Part shown: positions 30,123 through 40,302 of the stretch, one piece after another
Layout: each line of letters begins with the position of its first letter
Position numbering within the stretch: the first letter of the stretch is position 1
The notes under the pieces: model-generated
Database searches by the model: none
What the model saw: the letters and a program-made list of their open reading frames with translations, nothing else
What the model was told of the DNA's origin: nothing
Translations under genes and position numbers: made by a program
Assembly (NCBI GenBank): GCA_963790095.1
Contig: CAWBNO010000034.1
Coordinates: forward strand, 180,681-244,680
Origin: an uncultured delta proteobacterium
Lineage (GTDB): Bacteria > Desulfobacterota > Desulfobacteria > Desulfobacterales > UBA11574
Reading direction: 5' to 3'
Length of the DNA: 64,000 nucleotides

Positions 30123-30479
30123 TTAAGTTCGAATCCATGTCCAGGCGGCTTCGATTTCCGAGCGGTCGAAATACTGTGCTCGGATTTGGGAAAATAACCC
30201 AAACAGGGCGATCCAGGTCTTTTCCCATGCCTTATTGCCGATAAGGGCCATACGTTCGATGTTATCGGCATACCTTAACGTGAAGTTGAGATCGAACAAA
30301 AGAGATTCCGAATCCATTTTTCCACGGGGCTCGATAACAAGAAAAAGGCGGATTTTTCCCGATTTGCGGATCTGTTTTTCCACCACCTCGCAGATCTGCT
30401 TCGTTTGTTTTTTGGTAATACCTCCGACAATCTTAAATCCGAGAATGTTTCCCGACCCTTCTTTGAGCTGGCGGTACAT
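30123..30479 (-). CDS. STAS/SEC14 domain-containing protein (SpoIIAA-like, DUF3478-type)
   Basis: 118 aa. The pattern ILGFKIVGGITKK...GKIRLFLVIE...ERMALIGNKAW... is as in this family (from memory). Confidence 0.65.
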   Translation of the reverse strand: MYRQLKEGSGNILGFKIVGGITKKQTKQICEVVEKQIRKSGKIRLFLVIEPRGKMDSESLLFDLNFTLRYADNIERMALIGNKAWEKTWIALFGLFSQIRAQYFDRSEIEAAWTWIRT

Positions 30480-30618
30480 GGTGTTAAATCTCCGTTGTAC
30501 TGCTCCGTTGAATCAAATACTATTCCAAGGGACGGCCCGAAGTTTACGCGTATTGAAAAACCACATCATACGACGTTTTTTAGACATGATGCGGGTGTGT
30601 CGTGGAAATTACCGATCG

Positions 30619-31101
30619 TTACTTGAATTCGTGTACCACCACGAAATCATTTTTGGCGCGTGTGCCGTGGCACCCGATACAGGATCGTACCTTCCCATTC
30701 TCCAGGGGTTTGCCGTCTGGTGAAAATTTGGCCCAGTACCAGTCCCCGTCCGGAGGATTGAAGCCACGGGCTTTATACATTACCGTGATGTTGTTGAGCC
30801 CTTCATGTTCCCCCTGGTAGTTTTCCATGACTTCGATGGAACCATACTGAAGTGGCGGGCCGGATGAATTCAACGCGCGGTCGTTGACAAAGACCCTGTG
30901 TAGCGTACCGTGGGGCGCTCGGCTCATCTGCATCCCCTGATGATCCGGCCAATAGGACCATCCATTGTATGGAGATAATTTGGTGATGTAGTTCCACAAT
31001 GCCGCCGGGTCTGTTGCCGGCATTTCAGCCGATACCATGGGTGTTGAAATCATACAAACGAAACAAATTACGAGAAAAGCTTGGACGATCCTTTTTTGCA
31101 T
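30619..31101 (-). CDS. Cytochrome P460-family haem protein (periplasmic)
   Basis: ORF 30619..31218 with a likely start at 31101 (MQKRIVQAFLVICFVCMISTPMVSA signal). Contains C-terminal DGDWYWAKFSPDG...CIGCH (a single CxxCH). Confidence 0.55.
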   Translation of the reverse strand: MQKRIVQAFLVICFVCMISTPMVSAEMPATDPAALWNYITKLSPYNGWSYWPDHQGMQMSRAPHGTLHRVFVNDRALNSSGPPLQYGSIEVMENYQGEHEGLNNITVMYKARGFNPPDGDWYWAKFSPDGKPLENGKVRSCIGCHGTRAKNDFVVVHEFK

Positions 31102-31477
31102 GTCAGTCTCCTTTTGGGTGATCCGTTGTGGATGTTCGTTTTGTCGAAGCACGCTGTCCCGTATATCACTGTGTGGTATTTTTATCCCATTATACAACAA
31201 GGTGTTCCAATTTTTCAACTATTGAAATAAAAACCGTGGGTCTCACCCAAATCGCCGTCTCCCCTTGCCCCGAAACGCAGATCGATGGGTAAGATGCAAG
31301 GACATCCGAGAAACCATACCCGTGCTCTAATTCTTCATGGGTTGCTTTTTGGGACATTGGAAACACTCCGTTTGAAAGTGAAGAATCCGGGCCTATCAAA
31401 GATCCCGCCACGCGGGGGAGGAACCGGTTTGGTGCCTCACCAGAAGGGTGAAGTCTACCGCACATGCCAAACGGCAT

Positions 31478-31672
31478 TTACCGATTAACAGCCACCAAAA
31501 CAATACCCAGTTTTTTTTCCAACGCGTTGATTTTTTCAAGCTCTTCATCTTTAACGATGGCAGGATTAATGTCATAACAAGAAAAGGCCAACAATGGCTT
31601 CCCGAGATCATTCTCCAGAGACTGAATGGCTTCCAGACTTGAGCTTTCAATTTTGGAAAGGCTACACAACAT
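31478..31672 (-). CDS. Small hypothetical protein (64 aa)
   Basis: An internal ATG at 31672 is preceded by a strong RBS, AAAAGGAGGTTTATC. Product: MLCSLSKIESSSLEAIQSLENDLGKPLLAFSCYDINPAIVKDEELEKINALEKKLGIVLVAVNR. Confidence 0.5.
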   Translation of the reverse strand: MLCSLSKIESSSLEAIQSLENDLGKPLLAFSCYDINPAIVKDEELEKINALEKKLGIVLVAVNR

Positions 31673-32005
31673 GATAAACCTCCTTTTTGAAATGATGGAT
31701 GTAAACCCTCTAATATTATACGCCATGCAGGGTTTAAGTCCATGGTTTTAGGATACGTCCAATATTTCAAGCGCAGAATGGGAGATCGGGTTGAAGGTAC
31801 CCATGAAATGCTTTGCATTTTTTTCGATAACGACACTGCCGGCAAACATCGATGTGCTTGCGTGGGTTTCCTTTTTTCGGACAGAGAATGTATGTTTCGT
31901 TCTTTTCGCGCTTCATATTCGGCCTGTTGTTTAAAGGTACCCCCCCTTATCTTTTCACCATCCACCTTGAATCCTGCAGCAGACCTGCCGCAAGGGTCAT
32001 CGGGT

Positions 32006-32194
32006 TCAGTTGGTGTCTTTGGAAAGGGTGCTGATGTTCGAGATTCCCTTAAAGAGTCTTTCCGATCGTGGAAGGGATTTGGTCAAGGGGCTTTTGCATT
32101 TGGGACAGGGCGCCTCGGTTTCCGGGTCCCCCCGAAATATCACCACCTTAAAAAGATGGTCGCAATCCCCGCATTTGTATTCAATGGTCGGCAT
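32006..32194 (-). CDS. FmdB-family zinc-ribbon protein (CxxC_CxxC)
   Basis: MPTIEYKCGDCDHLFKV...APCPKCKS. The ATG at 32194 lies 1 nt after the recQ stop (TAAAATG), suggesting coupling. Confidence 0.75.
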   Translation of the reverse strand: MPTIEYKCGDCDHLFKVVIFRGDPETEAPCPKCKSPLTKSLPRSERLFKGISNISTLSKDTN

Positions 32195-32195
32195 T

Positions 32196-34007
32196 TTATG
32201 CAACCTCTTTGATGACGTCGAGAAAACGATCTCCGTACCTTTCGAGCTTTACTTCCCCGATGCCCGTTACTTGAAGCATGGCCGTCCGACTCTTCGGTTT
32301 GAAAATGACCATCTCCTTCAGGGTCTTATCATGGAATATAACATACGGCGGCAGTCCCATCTCCCGGGCCATCTCCAGCCGCAAAAGCCGGAGCTTTTCA
32401 AAGAGCTGGATTTCTTGTTCATTTTCGAACTTCAACACCGTTGGAGAAGAAGGCCTGACGGATTTTTTCGACTTCATCGGATGCGGGTCCTTTCGAAGCT
32501 GTACCCCCTGGGTTCCTTTGAGGACCGGCCAGCTCTTTTCAGTCAGGCGAAAACCGGATATTTTCCCCAGGTCCACTGTCAGGAATCCGCCGGCCAAAAG
32601 CTGGCGAAACACGGACCGCCATTCCCCTTGGGACAAATCATCTCCGACCCCGAAGGTTTTGAGCCGATCATGCTTTAGTTGTTGAACACGCTCGGTCCCC
32701 TTTCCCATCAGCACATCCGTCAGATGTGCTGCACCAAAACGCTGGCCGGTGCGATAAACGCAGGACAGGGCCTTCTGGGCCGCTATGGAGCCATCCCATG
32801 TCTCTATCTCCTGACTGCAGGTATCACAATTACCGCAGGCATCCGGGTATGCCTCTCCAAAATATTCCAGCAAGAGCTGGCGTCGACATCCCGCGGATTC
32901 ACAATAACCGAATAAAGTCTCCAGTTTCTGCTGCTGAATCCGCTTGAAAACGGCATCACCGTCCGAAGTTTCCAGAAGCCGCCGCATGGCCACGACATCC
33001 CCCAGGGAATAGACCATCCAGGCATCCGCAGGCTGTCCATCTCTCCCGGATCGCCCGGTTTCCTGGTAGTAAGACTCCATGCTGGAAGGTAGATCCAGGT
33101 GCGCTACGAAGCGAACATCGGGCTTGTCGATACCCATGCCAAAGGCAATGGTTGCGACGATGACCATATCGTCTTCCCGAAGAAACTGCTGCTGATGGTG
33201 CTGCCGGGCCTGTGAATCCATGCCGGCATGGTATGGCAGTGCCTTCACACCGTTGTCCTGAAGCCACCGGGCCATCTCGTCCGACCGCTTCCGAGTCCGC
33301 GTGTAAACAATGCCGGCTTCTGAAAAATGATCGTTCTGGATAAAGTCCAACAGTTGTTTTTTACCGTTGGTTTTCAGTTTGACCTGATAGTTAATGTTGG
33401 GCCGGTCAAAACTGGAGATAAACTGCGATGCATCGGCCAAGTCCAGTTTTTCAACGATGTCCTTGCGTGTCATTGAATCGGCCGTTGCCGTAAGGGCAAC
33501 TCGGGGTACGTCCGGAAACCGTTCCATCACTTCCACCAGCCTGAGATATTCCGGTCTGAAATCATGGCCCCACTGGGACACGCAGTGGGCCTCGTCAATG
33601 GCAAACAGGGCCACCAGAATTTTATCCAAAAAATTTTGGAACCGCTCCGTTAAAAGCCGCTCAGGAGCGACGTAGAGAATATCACATTGCCCCTTGGACA
33701 CCCTAGTTTCCACCTGTTCGAATTCCTCCCGGGAAAGACTGGAGTTTAAAAAGTCTGCCCGAACACCGTTTTGCCTCAGGGCTTCAACCTGGTCCTGCAT
33801 CAAGGCGATCAGGGGGGACACCACCAGGCCCACGCCGTTTAGCATAATCGATGGGACCTGGTAGCATATGGATTTCCCGCTGCCGGTGGGCATCAGCACG
33901 AAGGCATCTTTGCCGGCCATTAGCGTATCGATAATCTCTTTTTGATTTTCCCGAAATGACGGGTAGCCGTAATAGTGGGATAGAATTTGTTGTGCGGTTT
34001 TTTCCAT
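32196..34007 (-). CDS. recQ: ATP-dependent DNA helicase RecQ
   Basis: 603 aa with PTGSGKS, the DEAH box (FAIDEAHCVSQWGHDFRPEY), the Zn-binding CRRQ..C..CD.C cluster and a C-terminal HRDC-like domain. Confidence 0.95.
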   Translation of the reverse strand: MEKTAQQILSHYYGYPSFRENQKEIIDTLMAGKDAFVLMPTGSGKSICYQVPSIMLNGVGLVVSPLIALMQDQVEALRQNGVRADFLNSSLSREEFEQVETRVSKGQCDILYVAPERLLTERFQNFLDKILVALFAIDEAHCVSQWGHDFRPEYLRLVEVMERFPDVPRVALTATADSMTRKDIVEKLDLADASQFISSFDRPNINYQVKLKTNGKKQLLDFIQNDHFSEAGIVYTRTRKRSDEMARWLQDNGVKALPYHAGMDSQARQHHQQQFLREDDMVIVATIAFGMGIDKPDVRFVAHLDLPSSMESYYQETGRSGRDGQPADAWMVYSLGDVVAMRRLLETSDGDAVFKRIQQQKLETLFGYCESAGCRRQLLLEYFGEAYPDACGNCDTCSQEIETWDGSIAAQKALSCVYRTGQRFGAAHLTDVLMGKGTERVQQLKHDRLKTFGVGDDLSQGEWRSVFRQLLAGGFLTVDLGKISGFRLTEKSWPVLKGTQGVQLRKDPHPMKSKKSVRPSSPTVLKFENEQEIQLFEKLRLLRLEMAREMGLPPYVIFHDKTLKEMVIFKPKSRTAMLQVTGIGEVKLERYGDRFLDVIKEVA

Positions 34008-34122
34008 GAAGCACCTGCCGCCGGTTTAATTGTTTCAGGATCGGTCCCATGGTCCCACAATTCTCGATTTCCCATACAAGGTATTCGATAAACATAAAAG
34101 AAAAAATAAGCAACTTAATATT

Positions 34123-35796
34123 TTAAGACTCTGCCCCATTTCCCGATAATACCCTGTGTCTTTTTCTCGTTTTTGTCTCTGTTTCGGCAAATTTAACATG
34201 GATTTCTCGACCGCCCAATGTCACGCCTTTAAGGGATTTGAGGACATGTTTTGCCACGTTTTTTTCGACATCGAAGAATGAAAACTCTCTTTTGAGGTCG
34301 ATCCGGCCGAGTTTGCTCGATGATATGCCCGATTTGTCGCAGACCAGGCGGACGATGGCGCCTTCTTTGAGTTTATCCAGGCGCCCGACATTTACAAAAA
34401 ATCGCTGGGTATTGCCACCGAGACGACGTTCGGCCTTATCGGCTTTATCTCCTTTTGTTCGGCGTTTTTTGACCGTTACGTTGATGTCTTCGGCCCCCCG
34501 ATAGTAATCGAGAAAGCGGTTGAACTCGACTGAGACGAATCGACGGATCAATTCTTCCTTGCTGAGATCGGAGAGGGTTTCAAACACCGGGGGAAGGTAT
34601 TTATCGATTTCTATTTTGTTGACCTCCGTGGAAACCAGTCGATCCACCATTGCGTAAAGCTGCTTCTCGCAAACAGCTTGGCCGCCGGGGATTTTTTTAA
34701 CCTCGAAGTGAATGCCGCTTCTGGATTCCACTTCTTTGATCCGTCGGACTTCCCGGGTGTTTACCAATACCATGGATACGCCGGATTTACCCGCCCGGGC
34801 CGTTCTTCCGCTCCGATGGGTGTAACGGTCCGGCTCAGCGGGGAGATTGTAATGGATGACGTGGGTGATGTCATCCACATCCAGACCCCGAGCAGCCACA
34901 TCGGTGGCCACCAGCAACTGGAGGGTCCCTTCCCTGAACTTTTTCATCACCTGGTCCCGTTGCATCTGGGACAGGTCCCCGTGGATCGGTTCGGCGTTGT
35001 AACCGTCTTTCATCAGCTTGTCGGCCACCGTCTGGGTTTCCATCCGCGTGCGGCAGAAAATGAGGGCGAAGATATCGGGGATATAGTCGATCATCCGTTT
35101 GAGAGCCGAATACCGGTTTTTTTCTTTGACCACATAACAGGCATGGGAGATATTATCAGCGGCTTTGTTGGGCGAGCCGGCGGTGATGGTGACCGGACGG
35201 GTCATATAGGTGTCGGCGATTTTCGCCGCAGCTTTCGGCATGGTGGCTGAAAACAGCCAGGTTCGCTTTTGGGCGGGGGTCTGTTTCAGAATGTGATCAA
35301 TATCTTCCTGAAATCCCATGTCGAGCATTTCATCGGCTTCATCCAGGACCGCATAGGCCACCTGTTCCAGTTTAACGGCCTTTCGGTTGATCAAATCCAC
35401 CAGTCGGCCGGGGGTAGCCACGATGATCTGGGCCCCTTTTTTTATCTGGGAGATCTGTTCCTGAATACCGGCCCCACCGTAGACGGCGGCAATACGTGCC
35501 TTGTGGATTTGTCGGGCAAACAGTTTCAGATCGCCGGTAATTTGAAGGCAGAGTTCCCGGGTGGGGCAGAGGATCAGCCCCTGGGGGGTTTTTGATTTAA
35601 AATCGATCAGCTGGAGCAGGGGCAGGCCGAAGGCGGCGGTTTTTCCCGTACCGGTCTGGGCCAGGACGATGGCATCGGTGTCCCCCGATAACAACTGGGG
35701 GATGGCCTTTTCCTGAATCTGGGTGGCCTGTTCAAATCCAAGTTGGTCAATGGCCTGGATGAGTTCGTGTTTTAATCCAAAAGATGAAAAATTCAT
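34123..35796 (-). CDS. DEAD-box ATP-dependent RNA helicase (DeaD/CsdA/DbpA-like)
   Basis: 557 aa with a Q-motif, AQTGTGKT, VLDEADEML, SAT and HRSGRTARAG. The C-terminal DbpA-type RNA-binding domain reads GRIDLKREFSFFDV. Confidence 0.93.
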   Translation of the reverse strand: MNFSSFGLKHELIQAIDQLGFEQATQIQEKAIPQLLSGDTDAIVLAQTGTGKTAAFGLPLLQLIDFKSKTPQGLILCPTRELCLQITGDLKLFARQIHKARIAAVYGGAGIQEQISQIKKGAQIIVATPGRLVDLINRKAVKLEQVAYAVLDEADEMLDMGFQEDIDHILKQTPAQKRTWLFSATMPKAAAKIADTYMTRPVTITAGSPNKAADNISHACYVVKEKNRYSALKRMIDYIPDIFALIFCRTRMETQTVADKLMKDGYNAEPIHGDLSQMQRDQVMKKFREGTLQLLVATDVAARGLDVDDITHVIHYNLPAEPDRYTHRSGRTARAGKSGVSMVLVNTREVRRIKEVESRSGIHFEVKKIPGGQAVCEKQLYAMVDRLVSTEVNKIEIDKYLPPVFETLSDLSKEELIRRFVSVEFNRFLDYYRGAEDINVTVKKRRTKGDKADKAERRLGGNTQRFFVNVGRLDKLKEGAIVRLVCDKSGISSSKLGRIDLKREFSFFDVEKNVAKHVLKSLKGVTLGGREIHVKFAETETKTRKRHRVLSGNGAES

Positions 35797-36179
35797 AAAT
35801 ACTTTCCTGGTGGCTGACGGGTTAAACCGTGCCAGTTATGCCCCTTAAAAGACACAAAAAGCCGCCTCGGCACGTTTGCCGGACGGCTTTGTTTGGTTTT
35901 TGATATTGTATCCGGCGGCATTGCCAAGGGCCATGGCCATGGCCGCCGTTTTTTTACCTAAATCGATATTACAGTATGGATGTTCACATATCGTTTGTTT
36001 TTTAATTAATCAATCTTTTTTATGGGTGCTGGTGGAATTAACCGAAAAGAACGATCTCTGTCCAGCGGGCTGGAATCCTTCCCCCCATAGCGACATCCTC
36101 CATGGGCACGTTTCTTTTAATACTAATCACGATTCAAGATTTGACAAGAGAATCTACTTACTTGCATGATAAAAGATAG

Positions 36180-36743
36180 TTATCCGGTGATCGCTCTGGC
36201 AAGATTTCCAGCCAGTTCAGCCCCTTTATCCCCAATGGCCTCGGGTGTTGTGCAGAAGGGCAGAATATAATTGCCCTTTGTCATCAGCTGGAGATAGCCG
36301 CAAAAGCCAGCGAAGATACCCTGGATGGCGTCGCAGTTACCTTCAACAGGACCGGCGCAGGTCACAAGCAGAGCCGCCGGTTTACCGCCGACCAGGGAGT
36401 CATGGTCTTCGGTACCATCGCCGGATACCAGGCAGAAATGCCGGTCGATCAGGGGTTTTATCTGGGAAGTAAAACTCCAGCAGTAAAGGGGTGAAGCGTA
36501 CACAACCGCGTCGGACCGGATCATTTTCTCAAATATGGTCAATGCATCATCCTCCTGAACGCAGCCGGGTTCCCCCTTTTTTTCCTTGCACTTAAAACAT
36601 CCAAGGCAGCCGCCCACCGTATACTCGGTGATGTTAATCCGTTCAACTTCATGATTATTCTCGACGATATCTTCAAACATCGAAAGCACCTTGGCGGTGT
36701 TTCCTTTTTTCCTCGGACTCCCCAGAATGGTGAGGATTTTCAT
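36180..36743 (-). CDS. Flavodoxin-like NADPH-dependent FMN reductase / iron-sulfur flavoprotein
   Basis: 187 aa with MKILTILGSPRKKGNT and a Cys cluster GGCLGCFKC...GC, typical of Isf-type proteins. Confidence 0.75.
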   Translation of the reverse strand: MKILTILGSPRKKGNTAKVLSMFEDIVENNHEVERINITEYTVGGCLGCFKCKEKKGEPGCVQEDDALTIFEKMIRSDAVVYASPLYCWSFTSQIKPLIDRHFCLVSGDGTEDHDSLVGGKPAALLVTCAGPVEGNCDAIQGIFAGFCGYLQLMTKGNYILPFCTTPEAIGDKGAELAGNLARAITG

Positions 36744-36823
36744 GACAACTCTCCCTTTTTAAAACTGTCGCTTCAGCTGATAAAGTTTTCTCTTTCCCAG
36801 CAGTAAGACAAGAAATTTCTAAA

Positions 36824-37618
36824 TCAATCTATTTTATCCTTCAGGTAGTCAATTAAATTCGTGAAGTTCAATTCGGTCCTGTTCGCCAACTGTATATTTT
36901 GCAGGGACGTTAAAATTTGATCCCAAAAAATTACATGGATGTTTTCGCACAATGCAACATAATCTTTGATATCTCTCCTGTAACTTCCAATTTCTTGGAT
37001 TATATTCGATGGAGTCGACTTGTAGTGGTTGAATTTGGCGATTGAATACGTGTTTGTTTTAAGTGTCACCAGGACAAAATAAAACTCTTTTGCCCATTTT
37101 TTTGCAGCCCAGGTGCCCACATCGATGTTTCTTATAATCTGATCCCGGTTGGGGTCATGCTTCGTGTTTTTGCTGATATCTGTTTTGTATGTTGTTTCGA
37201 TGAAGATCAGCTTGTTTGAAGTTTCGATGGTAAGATCTGGGTGCATTTCTCCGTCCGGGAGGGGCCTTAACAACGGCGGAAAATATTTGTCCCAAAATCT
37301 TGGGGTCGGGTCTATGAATTGTTCATCCTTATCAAGGTTTATTTGGGGAAATATCTCCGAAAACCATTTTTCAGGCGGCGTCTTTTCTAATGTCTTGAAC
37401 ACATTCCACGACATGGCATCCTCAGAGTTTTCGCTGCCCAGACACGAAAGTCCTTTGACCATCCCCCTGTTATAACGACTGATTCTGGCCTGACCGGTGA
37501 TGATGGGATCGGTTGGATCAACGATCAGGTTGTCTTTAAAATCAACAAAAACCTTTGCACCGGTATCTGAATATATGAATTTTTGTCCCATCTCATCTTT
37601 TTCTGTGCTCTCTACCAT
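36824..37618 (-). CDS. Hypothetical protein with possible PD-(D/E)xK nuclease-like core
   Basis: ORF 36824..37660 with a likely ATG at 37618. Contains EDAMSWNVF, then HPDLTIET...KLIFIETTYK (a D...E..K-like arrangement). AT-rich gene. The functional call is inference only. Confidence 0.45.
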   Translation of the reverse strand: MVESTEKDEMGQKFIYSDTGAKVFVDFKDNLIVDPTDPIITGQARISRYNRGMVKGLSCLGSENSEDAMSWNVFKTLEKTPPEKWFSEIFPQINLDKDEQFIDPTPRFWDKYFPPLLRPLPDGEMHPDLTIETSNKLIFIETTYKTDISKNTKHDPNRDQIIRNIDVGTWAAKKWAKEFYFVLVTLKTNTYSIAKFNHYKSTPSNIIQEIGSYRRDIKDYVALCENIHVIFWDQILTSLQNIQLANRTELNFTNLIDYLKDKID

Positions 37619-37685
37619 GATTGAAAAACCCCTCTTAATGGATGTCCCGGAAGTCGCCACTTAGGTCCATCTGCTTCAAGGCTTT

Positions 37686-37886
37686 TTACCTTGTGTCATA
37701 AACTTTTTTAACCCGGCCGATTTGACCGCTCTCTAAGCGGACCTTAATCCCATGGGGATGGGACCTTGATTTGGTCAGGATATCTTTCACCACGCCTTCG
37801 GTCAATTTTCCGGTAGGCTGATCTTTTTTCATCACGATCAGAACCTGCATCCCCGGTGTTATTCTTTCACGATTGGGTCCGTTCAT
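37686..37886 (-). CDS. YwbE-family small protein (DUF2196)
   Basis: 66 aa. GMQVLIVMKKDQPTGKLTEGVVKDILTKSRSHPHGIKVRLESGQIGRV matches the YwbE pattern. Confidence 0.7.
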   Translation of the reverse strand: MNGPNRERITPGMQVLIVMKKDQPTGKLTEGVVKDILTKSRSHPHGIKVRLESGQIGRVKKVYDTR

Positions 37887-38012
37887 GACGTTAATTTAAT
37901 TGCACTGTTTATTTTGATCTATGAAGTTTGACAAAACCTTTTTGGATTTTATGCATATTGGATTATCGCGATGACAAAGCAAACTTGTTTTCAATGGATC
38001 GCTTTTTAGAAG

Positions 38013-38240
38013 ACTTCTGCTGAAAATGAAACATGTACAACAAGATTTGTTTATACATATTGAAATAATGCTCAAGACCGAACACGGCAACCATACGGAT
38101 GTTTTTATTTAAGGGCGGCTTGTTGAATATTCTTCTGAAAATGAAACCTGGGACCAAGATTTTTTTATAAAGAACGATACTGCTGAAGACCGAACCGTCA
38201 ACCATACGGATGTTTTTGTTTCTGGGCGGCGTTGATATTT
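38013..38240. repeat. Tandem duplication, two ~110-118 bp units
   Basis: Unit 1 spans 38013-38130 and unit 2 spans 38131-38240. Shared blocks are CTTCTG..AAAATGAAAC, CAAGATTT, AAGACCGAAC and CAACCATACGGATGTTTTT..TTT..GGGCGGC. The 142-aa ORF over it is an artefact (repeated NKNIRMV). Confidence 0.75.
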
Positions 38241-38493
38241 TCGCTCTGGGACCGCATCCTGGGAACCCTTTTAACAGACATCGACCAAACCGAAATCCGT
38301 ATCGGCGTAGGAAGTTATCAAAAGCAGGAAAAACTGAATTTTCACCATTTGCTGATGATGCCGCTGACTCGAAGAGTCCGATAGAACCCAAGACCTTGGA
38401 AATTTTTCAATCGGTTGGGGTGACGAAGGCAGGGCCATCCGATAAATTTTAATGGGGTCAAAACTATCGGACAGAAACGATCCAATATTCGGT

Positions 38494-39303
38494 CTAAACT
38501 TCTTTTTTGTTAAAAACCACCAGCATTAACGCGGTGATCAGAAAGATAAAAAAGGAGACATTCAGAATCGGATGAAGGGGTCCCATGTTGTTAAACCTGC
38601 TTTGACCGATGATGGAATCGGCGTAGACCTGAACCATGTAAACTTTCGGGTATAAAATTCTCCACAAGGCAGGGGGCGCGGATGCGGCCTCCGGAACCGC
38701 TGTTCGTAAAATGTCGCTGGTCAAGATCTGATGCCCCCCGTCGGAAATATAGCCGACCAATAAAATCCCCACAGAAAAAACCGCACTGATGAAATCCGGG
38801 AGATAAAGAGACAAAAAGCACACCAGAACCGCAATAAAGAGAAGATTGATCGAGCATACCAGAGATGCGGTTAAATATCCTGGGATGGTGGCGCCGGTTT
38901 TAACCCATACCGTCATAAAAATCGTTGCGTGAAGAATAAACATGAAAACCAGGCATAATACCCACGTGCCGGCGATCCGCCCGAGGAGATATTCCCGCCT
39001 TAAAACCGGCCTGGAAAGAAACAATACCAAACTTCCGTCTTCGTGGTCTCTGCTGAAAATTTTCATGGACAGCAGAATGACGATCAGGAACATGCCGGAC
39101 GATATAATCTGAAAAACAATTTTTGAAACATGCCACGCAACCGTAATATTGTCCAACTGTTTCCCGTTGACGACATATTGGCCGCTGTAACATCCCCGGA
39201 TCATCAGCACGAAAAAAATGGAAAGGCCTAGCAGGACATAAATACTTTTGTGCCGCATCTGGTCGCGAATGGTGTAGCCGGTAATTTTTAAAAAACGATT
39301 CAT
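38494..39303 (-). CDS. ABC-2 type transporter permease
   Basis: 269 aa with six hydrophobic segments. Immediately downstream of the ABC ATPase gene. Confidence 0.7.
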   Translation of the reverse strand: MNRFLKITGYTIRDQMRHKSIYVLLGLSIFFVLMIRGCYSGQYVVNGKQLDNITVAWHVSKIVFQIISSGMFLIVILLSMKIFSRDHEDGSLVLFLSRPVLRREYLLGRIAGTWVLCLVFMFILHATIFMTVWVKTGATIPGYLTASLVCSINLLFIAVLVCFLSLYLPDFISAVFSVGILLVGYISDGGHQILTSDILRTAVPEAASAPPALWRILYPKVYMVQVYADSIIGQSRFNNMGPLHPILNVSFFIFLITALMLVVFNKKEV

Positions 39304-39350
39304 TTTCCCCAGGATAAAAATTATATTAATTTTGTCACGATTTGAAATGT

Positions 39351-40052
39351 TCAGCTCAGGTATTTAATAAAAACATCCTCCAACGTCTCGTCGGCGTCAA
39401 GTATTGAACGAATCGAATCCTTGACGAGGATTTTTCCGTTGTTCATTATGGCCAGGGTCTGGCATGTCTTTTCCACTTCCGAAAGGAGATGGGAATTCAA
39501 GAGCACGGTAACACCATTGTCCCGGAGGCGTTCGAGAATTTTTCTCACATCCCGGATACCGATGGGATCGAGGCCTGTCACCGGTTCATCGAGTATCAAC
39601 AATTTGGGCTGTCCGAGGAGCGCTGCTCCGAGACCGATCCGCTGTTTCATGCCCTTGGAATACCCGGCTGATTTTTCTTTTTCCCGCCCTTTCATGGAAA
39701 CCACATCCAAAAGCCGGTCCACTTCCATTCGCGCATCTTTTCCGGCCAGTCCATTCAAAGAAGCGTGCCGCCGCAGATATTCAAGCCCGGAAAGATGCGA
39801 AGGGATCCTGTGATGTTCGGCCAGATATCCCACCCCTTTGCGTGCTTCGAGGTTGGAAACAGGTGTTCCGTCGATCAAGATGCTCCCCGAAGTCGGTTTG
39901 ATAAAGTCCAGGAGCATGCGGACCACCGTTGTTTTGCCGGCGCCGTTGGGACCGAGCAAGGCGAAATACTCCCCCTTCTCGATGCGACAGGTCATGTTGT
40001 CCACCGCCGTAACTGTACCGAATTTTTTGGTGACGGAATTAAGTTCAATCAT
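39351..40052 (-). CDS. ABC transporter ATP-binding protein
   Basis: 233 aa with GPNGAGKTT, YSKGMKQR (signature) and LILDEP. Confidence 0.9.
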   Translation of the reverse strand: MIELNSVTKKFGTVTAVDNMTCRIEKGEYFALLGPNGAGKTTVVRMLLDFIKPTSGSILIDGTPVSNLEARKGVGYLAEHHRIPSHLSGLEYLRRHASLNGLAGKDARMEVDRLLDVVSMKGREKEKSAGYSKGMKQRIGLGAALLGQPKLLILDEPVTGLDPIGIRDVRKILERLRDNGVTVLLNSHLLSEVEKTCQTLAIMNNGKILVKDSIRSILDADETLEDVFIKYLS

Positions 40053-40302
40053 ATTAAAGTCCTTTTAGCACGGGTTGTTCACCATTTACAACGGAATAAC
40101 ACGACGGAACACATCCGCATCATGGCGTATCCCGCCGGCAACCGACCTGTCCCAAGGTGCCGGCAACAGAATCACCTGTGTGCAACGGAAACACTTCCTG
40201 GATGCCGGATCAAGTCCGCACAAGGGTTTTCAGCGAGCCATGCTTCCTGTATGCCCCAGCCGGAAACCCGCGGAAAACGCAGATCCGGACCAAAAAGGTC
40301 AT

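Noticed and set aside
37963-38391. 142-aa ORF in the ywbE/ABC-2 intergenic gap
   Set aside because: The reading frame is generated by the tandem duplication (a duplicated ..NKNIRMV.. peptide). It has no RBS and an atypical composition.
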